28,667 nucleotides of DNA from a virus (lineage: Duplodnaviria; Caudoviricetes), in the IMG/VR virus record IMGVR_UViG_3300037991_000421, positions 1 to 28,667 of that record. One strand, written 5' to 3'. Position numbers and translations under genes: made by a program. This document shows positions 16,417-22,425 of the stretch, one piece after another. The notes below the pieces were generated by a model. It saw only the letters and a list, made by a program, of their open reading frames with translations, searched no databases and had not been told where the DNA came from. Within the stretch, counting starts at the first letter, position 1; the number at the start of each line of letters is the position of its first letter.

Positions 16417-17405
16417 AACATTTAGATTTATTTAGTGGTCTTGGTGGTTTTAGTCTAGGTCTTGAAGCCACTGGTGGATTTGAAACAGTAGCTTTCTGTG
16501 ACATAGAAAAATTTCCACGTAAAGTTTTGAAACAACATTGGCCTGATGTTAAACAATATAAAGATATAAAGGAGTTAACTTATGAGAGATTACAAGAAGA
16601 CGGGATCGGAGAAATCGACATCATTACGGGCGGCTATCCTTGCCAACCTTTCTCCGTCGCAGGTAGACAAAGAGGTGAAAAAGATAAAAGACACCTCTGG
16701 CCAGAAATGTTTAGACTTATCCACGAATGTAGGCCCACTTGGGTCATTGGAGAAAACGTTAGTGGACACATTAAACTCGGTCTCGACACCGTACTTGAGG
16801 ACTTGGAGAGTGAAGGTTACGCCGCGAGGGCGTTTAGTATTTCAGCTTCTAGCGTCGGTGCCACCCATAAAAGAGAAAGAGTCTGGATTGTGGGCAACTC
16901 CCAACACAATGGATCATCTACCACAGAGAAGTCCAGAAGCATTGAGGAAACAAGCAACGACAACAAGGAAAGGCCGAACCAAACCAGCGAATCTACGGGA
17001 ACAAGTAGATCCAATAGTAATGAAAATGTGGAGAACACCAGACAACCTGGCTGGGGGGAGCAATCTACCTGGAATACAGAAAGCTTTGGACGAGGGTCAT
17101 CTAAAACGACCGAGTGGTCAACCAATACAGATACGTCTTCAGGATCAAGTGAGGGAGCCGAGACTATGTCCGACTCCAACAGCAAGAGATTGGAAGGACG
17201 CAGGTCCAAACAGCAACTACGAAAAGATGAGACAGAAAGGACGATTAGCTGGGACGGCTGGTGGGAGTTTGAACCCGACGTGGGTCGAGTGGCTAATGGG
17301 GTACCCAAAAGGGTGGACAGACTTAAAGGACTAGGTAATAGTTTAGTGCCCGCTATACCTTTTATAATAGGGCAATCAATTTTAAGAGAGGAGTATATAT
17401 GGTAA
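16395..17405 (+). CDS. C5 cytosine DNA methyltransferase, catalytic (alpha) polypeptide
   Basis: Motifs I FSGLGG, IV GGYPCQPFS, VI ENV, VIII HKRERVWIVG, X RLKGLGNSLVP. Motif IX is not evident in this frame. Confidence 0.92.
   Translation: MRDVPSLKHLDLFSGLGGFSLGLEATGGFETVAFCDIEKFPRKVLKQHWPDVKQYKDIKELTYERLQEDGIGEIDIITGGYPCQPFSVAGRQRGEKDKRHLWPEMFRLIHECRPTWVIGENVSGHIKLGLDTVLEDLESEGYAARAFSISASSVGATHKRERVWIVGNSQHNGSSTTEKSRSIEETSNDNKERPNQTSESTGTSRSNSNENVENTRQPGWGEQSTWNTESFGRGSSKTTEWSTNTDTSSGSSEGAETMSDSNSKRLEGRRSKQQLRKDETERTISWDGWWEFEPDVGRVANGVPKRVDRLKGLGNSLVPAIPFIIGQSILREEYIW
16582..17334 (+). CDS. C5-MTase beta polypeptide (TRD-like repeats plus motif IX) nested in the +1 frame
   Basis: Own RBS AAGGAG (16569-16574); repeats LWATP/MWRTP/LCPTP; C-terminal LNPTWVEWLMGYPKGWT. 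Confidence 0.8.
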   Translation: MRDYKKTGSEKSTSLRAAILANLSPSQVDKEVKKIKDTSGQKCLDLSTNVGPLGSLEKTLVDTLNSVSTPYLRTWRVKVTPRGRLVFQLLASVPPIKEKESGLWATPNTMDHLPQRSPEALRKQATTTRKGRTKPANLREQVDPIVMKMWRTPDNLAGGSNLPGIQKALDEGHLKRPSGQPIQIRLQDQVREPRLCPTPTARDWKDAGPNSNYEKMRQKGRLAGTAGGSLNPTWVEWLMGYPKGWTDLKD

Positions 17406-17485
17406 TAGGATTAGAAATTGTAATCATGGCTTATGTAGTTACGGTTACAGGTGGATTATTATTACAAGCGGCGGGTATCCAATGA
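17399..17485 (+). CDS. 28-aa hydrophobic peptide (not in ORF track)
   Basis: GAGGAG RBS; MVIGLEIVIMAYVVTVTGGLLLQAAGIQ*; ATGA-coupled to nrdB. Confidence 0.55.
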   Translation: MVIGLEIVIMAYVVTVTGGLLLQAAGIQ

Positions 17486-18441
17486 GTGTATTTAATTCAA
17501 GAGATTATTATAAACCATTTAAATATCCGTGGGCTTTTGAAGCTTACGATTTACAACAGAAGATGCACTGGCTACCAAGCGAAGTGCCCCTTCATGAAGA
17601 TGTAAACGATTGGAACAACAGAATGAATGATGGTGAAAAGAATTTGGTAAAACAAATACTAACATTCTTTACACAAGGGGATGTGGATATAGCGCAAGCA
17701 TACATGGATGTATACATGCCTATGTTTAAACAACCAGAGATTCGTATGATGTTATCAGCTATTGCAACTAGCGAAGCAAACCATGCTCACTCGTATTCAT
17801 TATTAAATGATACAATAGGTATGGATGATGGAGATTATAAAGCGTTCCAAGAAATCACAGCTATGAATGATAAGCATGAGTACTTGTGGAAAAACAAAGG
17901 GGGCACAGAAGAGGAGAAGATTGTCAGAGACATGGCTGTGTTCTCAGCTTTTGGTGAAGGGCTTCAGTTGTTTGCTAGCTTTGTAATGCTGCTAAACTTT
18001 CAAAGGTTTGGCAAGATGAAAGGCATGGGACAAATTGTCGCATGGTCTATTCGTGATGAGTCGCATCATGTAGAGAATATGATTAAGCTAGTGCATGCAG
18101 TACTAGATGAAATGCCTCACGTTTGGCATGACAATTTTAAGAAGACTTTATATGATATATGTAGAGACATGGTAGAACTAGAGGATAAGTTTATCGATCT
18201 AGCTTTTGCTATGGGTCCTGTAGAAGGGTTGACTCCAGAAGAAGTCAAGCAATACATAAGACATATAGCGGACAGAAGATTGTTACAGCTAGGATTAAAG
18301 CCCAACTATGGAGTCAAAGATAACCCACTTGAGTGGGTAGACTGGATTGTTGGAGGTGTGGAACACACCAATTTCTTTGAGAATCGTAGCACGGAGTACG
18401 CAAAAGGCGCACTTACTGGTACTTGGGACGATGCATTTTAA
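17482..18441 (+). CDS. nrdB: class I ribonucleotide reductase beta subunit
   Basis: W.PSEV, FFTQGD, EANHAHSY (radical Tyr), EGLQLF, RDESHH, NFFE..TEY. Confidence 0.95.
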   Translation: MSVFNSRDYYKPFKYPWAFEAYDLQQKMHWLPSEVPLHEDVNDWNNRMNDGEKNLVKQILTFFTQGDVDIAQAYMDVYMPMFKQPEIRMMLSAIATSEANHAHSYSLLNDTIGMDDGDYKAFQEITAMNDKHEYLWKNKGGTEEEKIVRDMAVFSAFGEGLQLFASFVMLLNFQRFGKMKGMGQIVAWSIRDESHHVENMIKLVHAVLDEMPHVWHDNFKKTLYDICRDMVELEDKFIDLAFAMGPVEGLTPEEVKQYIRHIADRRLLQLGLKPNYGVKDNPLEWVDWIVGGVEHTNFFENRSTEYAKGALTGTWDDAF

Positions 18442-18454
18442 TTTAAAAAAAGTA

Positions 18455-18483
18455 TTGACACCAGCATCAAATCGTGCTATTAT
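18455..18483 (+). promoter_or_regulatory. sigma70-type promoter, extended -10
   Basis: A-tract, then TTGACA-17 nt-TATTAT with TGn; intergenic. Confidence 0.7.
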
Positions 18484-18488
18484 TATAA

Positions 18489-18563
18489 TTGAAACTAGAC
18501 ATAGTTTTAAGGGGGCACATAAGGCTGAGTGACTGATAAGCAGTTGTTCAGCCTTTGGCTTTT
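18489..18563 (+). ncRNA. candidate ~75-nt small RNA or structured leader
   Basis: Begins at the predicted +1. Hairpin 18489-18510, linker GGGGGCACAT, 15-bp hairpin 18521-18555, then a T-rich tail. Confidence 0.4.
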
Positions 18564-18577
18564 ATAGAGGGAGATAA

Positions 18578-18892
18578 ATGAAACCTATCAACACGTTCTC
18601 AGAAGCAGAACTAAAAAAATATCTACAAGAATATAAGGTTAAACAAAACGCGGCGTGGCGTAGGTATAGGTCACGTGGGGAAACAGATAAGCATGGTGCT
18701 CATCGAGAATACCTAGACGCGAAATCCATGATAACTAATATTAATTACAAAATTAAAAATGATACGTGGTTGTATAATGATTTACCAGATGGTACTAGAA
18801 TAGGCGGACGAAGAGTCACAGCATCAGGTAATCCAAATTTAATTGGTAAAATTATTGATGGCTTTGGGAGGGTAATAGATGAGACTGCATAA
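18578..18892 (+). CDS. hypothetical protein
   Basis: GAGGGGAG RBS; 104 aa; basic. Confidence 0.75.
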   Translation: MKPINTFSEAELKKYLQEYKVKQNAAWRRYRSRGETDKHGAHREYLDAKSMITNINYKIKNDTWLYNDLPDGTRIGGRRVTASGNPNLIGKIIDGFGRVIDETA

Positions 18893-19061
18893 ACATCCAG
18901 ACTACCCAAATAAAACTAAGTATGATGGGCTAGCACATTATTTATACAGAACAAATAAACCTAGTACAGTAAGACTCCAACCACTGTGGAAGAATCTTAA
19001 ACTTAAAGATAAAGATTACTGGAGAGGTTTAGCACAGGTTTGGAAAGGACAGGACTTATGA
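18879..19061 (+). CDS. hypothetical protein
   Basis: GGAGG RBS; 60 aa; coupled to glutaredoxin. Confidence 0.65.
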   Translation: MRLHKHPDYPNKTKYDGLAHYLYRTNKPSTVRLQPLWKNLKLKDKDYWRGLAQVWKGQDL

Positions 19062-19333
19062 GATTAGAAGCAGAGATATATTCTAAACCTAACTGCCCTT
19101 ACTGTGATATGGCTAAGTTGCGTCTAGTTTCATACAACCCAAAGATTTATATGTTAGATACTGATTATACGAGAGAGGACTTTTTTAAAAAGTTTCCAAA
19201 TGCAAAAACATTCCCACAAATAATTTTAAATGGTGAGAAAATAGGTGGGTATCTTGAACTTGAAAAATGGTTTGACAAGTTTATAATAAAACAGGAGAAT
19301 AATAATGAAGGACATACTACAAGAAGCGGTTAA
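19058..19333 (+). CDS. grx: glutaredoxin
   Basis: YSKPNCPYC, TFPQI, IGGY; ATG 19058 in an ATGA overlap. Confidence 0.92.
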   Translation: MRLEAEIYSKPNCPYCDMAKLRLVSYNPKIYMLDTDYTREDFFKKFPNAKTFPQIILNGEKIGGYLELEKWFDKFIIKQENNNEGHTTRSG

Positions 19334-20531
19334 TGCTTTAGTACTAGCAAAGGGAAACATATCTGAAGCAGCTCGTGCTTTGAAGTTACCAAGACCCACA
19401 CTTAATAGTCGATTAGAAAAAGCTAAACTAAATAATATTAAACCTACAGTTAAAGCTGCAGATACTGAAGCGGCTTTGACAGAACAGAAACTTACGTATG
19501 AGTTACAGATAAAAGAACTCAAACAACAAGTAGAAGAACTAGCTAGAGAAAACATAACGGCAGATGCTATACGTAAGCATGTGTTTCAGCTAGGAGAATA
19601 CAATGCCAAGCCACCTAAGTGGTTGCATAAATCTACACCTGCTAAAGGTGCACCAGGAATACCTACGTTATTCTTATCTGACTTTCATTGGGGAGAAGTA
19701 GTAAGTAAAACAAACGTAGATAATTTAAATCAATACAATAGAGATATAGGAAAGAAGAGAGTAGAGTTTACAATCAACTCTGCTATTGACTTATGTACCA
19801 ATCACATGGTCAATGCTAAGTATCCTGGTATTATATTACCTCTTGGTGGGGATATGATTAGTGGTAGTATTCATGATGAGTTAATAGAAACAAATGATGG
19901 AACAAGTATAGAACATGTACTTGAACTATTAGATATGTTAGCTTCTGGTATTACTAAACTAGCTGACACATTTGGTAATGTATTTGTACCATGTGTAATA
20001 GGTAATCACAGTCGCATGTATAAACAATACAGACATAAGCAAGCTGTTGAAAGTAGCTTTGACTGGTTACTGTATAACATGTTAGAAAAATATTTCTCTA
20101 AAGATAAACGAGTTAACTTCTTAATACCAAATACATATGACGCATATTATAAAGTATATGGTATTAGTTATCTGTTGACACATGGTGACAGACTAGGAGT
20201 TAAAGGTGGTACTGGTATAGTAGGAATGCTTGGGCCTATAGCACGAGGCGTGCAGAAAGTCAAGTCCGAATACGCTAACTTAAAGAAACCTGTGGACTAT
20301 GTAATCATGGGTCACTTCCACCAATACATATCATTGAAAGATGCCATTGTTAATGGATCAATAAAAGGATATGATGAGTACGCTATGTCGGGTAGATTTG
20401 CATACGAAAGACCGCAACAAGCATTGTGGTTTACACACCCTGTATATGGTATTACATTTCAAGTACCTGTACAAAGTGTTGAAAAAGAAATTAAAAAACC
20501 AAAGGAATCGTGGGTATCATGGCGAAGTTAG
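19305..20531 (+). CDS. Fis-like HTH, coiled coil and calcineurin-like metallophosphoesterase
   Basis: GNISEAARALKLPRPTLNSRL; SDFHWG, GGD, GNH, THGD, GHFH motifs. Confidence 0.85.
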   Translation: MKDILQEAVNALVLAKGNISEAARALKLPRPTLNSRLEKAKLNNIKPTVKAADTEAALTEQKLTYELQIKELKQQVEELARENITADAIRKHVFQLGEYNAKPPKWLHKSTPAKGAPGIPTLFLSDFHWGEVVSKTNVDNLNQYNRDIGKKRVEFTINSAIDLCTNHMVNAKYPGIILPLGGDMISGSIHDELIETNDGTSIEHVLELLDMLASGITKLADTFGNVFVPCVIGNHSRMYKQYRHKQAVESSFDWLLYNMLEKYFSKDKRVNFLIPNTYDAYYKVYGISYLLTHGDRLGVKGGTGIVGMLGPIARGVQKVKSEYANLKKPVDYVIMGHFHQYISLKDAIVNGSIKGYDEYAMSGRFAYERPQQALWFTHPVYGITFQVPVQSVEKEIKKPKESWVSWRS

Positions 20532-20534
20532 GTC

Positions 20535-20563
20535 TTGCATGTGCCCCCTTTTTATGTTATACT
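20535..20563 (+). promoter_or_regulatory. sigma70-type promoter with GTGCCCCCTT in the spacer
   Basis: Intergenic TTGCAT-17 nt-TATACT with TGn. Confidence 0.6.
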
Positions 20564-20585
20564 AAAGGATTACTTAGGAGTACAT

Positions 20586-20714
20586 ATGGATAATGAAATT
20601 AAAAACCCTATGCCACAAGGTGTTGACTTTGAATTAGGCATAGTAAAAATTGGCGGAGATGCTGTCAAAGTAGAAGAGCCGAAAGAAGATAACGATGGCA
20701 AAGAAAAAGCTTAA
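20586..20714 (+). CDS. 42-aa acidic small protein (not in ORF track)
   Basis: AGGAG RBS; MDNEIKNPMPQGVDFELGIVKIGGDAVKVEEPKEDNDGKEKA*. Confidence 0.6.
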   Translation: MDNEIKNPMPQGVDFELGIVKIGGDAVKVEEPKEDNDGKEKA

Positions 20715-20886
20715 CATAAAGAAAGCTATTAAAAAACCAGGATCACTTAGAAAAGCTCTTGGCATTAAAGAAGGTAAGACTATACCTAAAGCTAAGCTTG
20801 ATGCGGCAGCAAAGAAACCTGGTAAGCTAGGACAGAAGGCTAGATTTGCACAAACTTTATCTAAACTTAGAAAAAAAAGAACATGA
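20695..20886 (+). CDS. highly basic small protein, probably nucleic-acid binding
   Basis: 19 Lys + 4 Arg in 63 aa; two KKPGxL units. Confidence 0.8.
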   Translation: MAKKKLNIKKAIKKPGSLRKALGIKEGKTIPKAKLDAAAKKPGKLGQKARFAQTLSKLRKKRT

Positions 20887-21134
20887 TAAAAGTAGCATTT
20901 GCTATAATAATTACATCAATGCCACATTGGCCATCAGTAAAGTATCAAGGATATTTATATCCTGACATGGAAACGTGTTACCAATACACTGAAATGTATG
21001 TAGAACAATTTAGATCATACGCTGATAGTCAAGGAGATTATGATGCACATTTTGATTCTTTTTGTTTTGAAACAGAATCATACCCAATAGAAGGATTTGA
21101 AGATATGAAAAGAGGAATAGGTTTTAATGCCTGA
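20883..21134 (+). CDS. hypothetical protein with hydrophobic N-terminus
   Basis: ATGA coupling; 83 aa; two Cys. Confidence 0.7.
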   Translation: MIKVAFAIIITSMPHWPSVKYQGYLYPDMETCYQYTEMYVEQFRSYADSQGDYDAHFDSFCFETESYPIEGFEDMKRGIGFNA

Positions 21135-21228
21135 ATGTATAAAGTGTGGACATGAATGTCACTGTAGCAATAGCGGTGCTTGTTGTGGCGGTCAATGTGA
21201 ATGTTGCAGCTGTGAACACAATGGCTAG
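21127..21228 (+). CDS. 33-aa Cys/His-rich metallothionein-like peptide (not in ORF track)
   Basis: GAGGA RBS; MPECIKCGHECHCSNSGACCGGQCECCSCEHNG*; 10 Cys and 3 His. Confidence 0.7.
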   Translation: MPECIKCGHECHCSNSGACCGGQCECCSCEHNG

Positions 21229-21787
21229 AGGTATTACAGATTTATGGGGTAGTATTACTGAAGCAGTCAGTAACATGGCTGGTATATCTGGCAGTGCTGA
21301 TATGAACTTTGCTAATCAGTGGGGTGATAACTATCACGGCAAAGCAGATGATGATAAAAGAAAAAGAGCTTTTGAAGTTTTACAATCTGACTTTACAGTA
21401 CCAACAGAAGCTGTAGATTCTATAAATAAATCAGCCTTTATATTTGATGGTGATATGGGCTTTGATTCAGAAACAATTAAAGAAAACATGACAAAGATAG
21501 GTGCTATTGAAAGCAACTATACAACTAAAGTACAAGAGGACGAAGGTCCTGCAAGATCTTACTGGCAAGTCGAGCCTTCAACGGCGAAATCATTACTGAA
21601 TAATTCATCAGCATTATTCGGACCAAAGTTTAATGAAGTATTTGCACAGTATGCTGAAGGAGACAAAACGGCGTCGGAAGTTTTAGCAGGTAAATCTATT
21701 ACAGATTTACAAACGTTAATAGAGAATGACTCTGATTTAGGGGCGGCTTTTGCAACAGCTAAAATGATTACAACGTTTGAAACATAA
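21221..21787 (+). CDS. lysozyme/lytic transglycosylase-fold protein
   Basis: Catalytic-type GAIES followed by GPARSYWQVEPSTA. ATG 21221 preferred to the GTG at 21146. Confidence 0.6.
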   Translation: MARGITDLWGSITEAVSNMAGISGSADMNFANQWGDNYHGKADDDKRKRAFEVLQSDFTVPTEAVDSINKSAFIFDGDMGFDSETIKENMTKIGAIESNYTTKVQEDEGPARSYWQVEPSTAKSLLNNSSALFGPKFNEVFAQYAEGDKTASEVLAGKSITDLQTLIENDSDLGAAFATAKMITTFET

Positions 21788-21796
21788 GGAGTAAAT

Positions 21797-21940
21797 ATGA
21801 AACTTATAAAAGATTGTTGGTCATGGATTAAAGAATGGAATGACTGGGGAATGAAAGACTGGATTAAAGCTGGTATCATTTGTGCAGTTGTACTTATCGT
21901 AATCTATAATATGACAACAGGTGGAGCGCCTTCGGCGTAA
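21797..21940 (+). CDS. 47-aa Trp-rich single-TM protein (not in ORF track)
   Basis: AAGGAG RBS; MKLIKDCWSWIKEWNDWGMKDWIKAGIICAVVLIVIYNMTTGGAPSA*. Confidence 0.75.
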   Translation: MKLIKDCWSWIKEWNDWGMKDWIKAGIICAVVLIVIYNMTTGGAPSA

Positions 21941-21950
21941 CCAATTAATT

Positions 21951-21977
21951 AAGGCTCCTTCGGGAGCCTTTACATTT
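21951..21977. terminator. intrinsic terminator-like hairpin, possibly bidirectional
   Basis: AAGGCTCC-TTCG-GGAGCCTT with a cUUCGg loop and A/T-rich flanks. Confidence 0.7.
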
Positions 21978-21987
21978 AGGAGATAAC

Positions 21988-22425
21988 ATGTTAGGTGGAT
22001 TACCAGTAGAAATGATTACGATGTTAGGCTCATCTTTATTAGGTGGGTTTATGTCAATCTGGTCACAAAGTATTAAAGCAAAACAAGACGAACAAAAAAT
22101 GTTATTAGCTAGAGCTGATAATCAAATGAAACATATTGATAAAGCTCGTGCGTTTACAGATAAAGGTTTTACTTTTACCAGAAGAATCATTGCCCTATCT
22201 GCTGTAGGTGCTATCATTGTATGGCCTAAGATTGTACCAGTATTTTTTGATACTAGTGTGTGGTTAACGTGGACTGAATTTAGCAGAGGATTTTTATTCT
22301 TAGTAGAGAAAAAAGAAATCGTTATGGATAAAGAGTTCTTTGGTGTAGTAATTACACCACTAGATACACACTTAATGAGTGCAATTGTGGGACTTTACTT
22401 TGGTGGTAGCTTAGTTAAAAGATAA
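21988..22425 (+). CDS. holin-like membrane protein
   Basis: AGGAG RBS; 2-3 hydrophobic segments; TRRIIAL; IVGLYFG near the C-terminus; near the lysozyme-like gene. Confidence 0.55.
   Translation: MLGGLPVEMITMLGSSLLGGFMSIWSQSIKAKQDEQKMLLARADNQMKHIDKARAFTDKGFTFTRRIIALSAVGAIIVWPKIVPVFFDTSVWLTWTEFSRGFLFLVEKKEIVMDKEFFGVVITPLDTHLMSAIVGLYFGGSLVKR

Noticed and set aside
16817-17308. 163-aa minus-strand ORF suggesting a third overlapping gene in the MTase
   Set aside because: It has no motifs and is explained by locally higher GC and the constraint of dual coding on the other strand.
7262-20565. Alternative-frame + strand ORFs (7262-7552, 10763-10951, 11859-12077, 18347-18532, 20371-20565)
   Set aside because: Unlike the MTase beta frame, they lack both a convincing RBS and family motifs.
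448-20822. Apparent excess of CCWGG and ACGCA words
   Set aside because: The excess looks modest by eye and could come from codon pairs (e.g. GAC GCA, CCT GGA); it needs a formal count.
21146-21220. Hydrophobic 'signal peptide' extension (MDMNVTVAIAVLVVAVNVNVAAV) on the lysozyme-like ORF
   Set aside because: It is the off-frame reading of the TGT-rich Cys peptide gene; ATG 21221 is the more plausible start.
642-21879. Many short minus-strand ORFs in the track (e.g. 642-1019, 6732-7058, 11638-12006, 21559-21879)
   Set aside because: They are antisense shadows of well-supported + strand genes, with no recognisable motifs.
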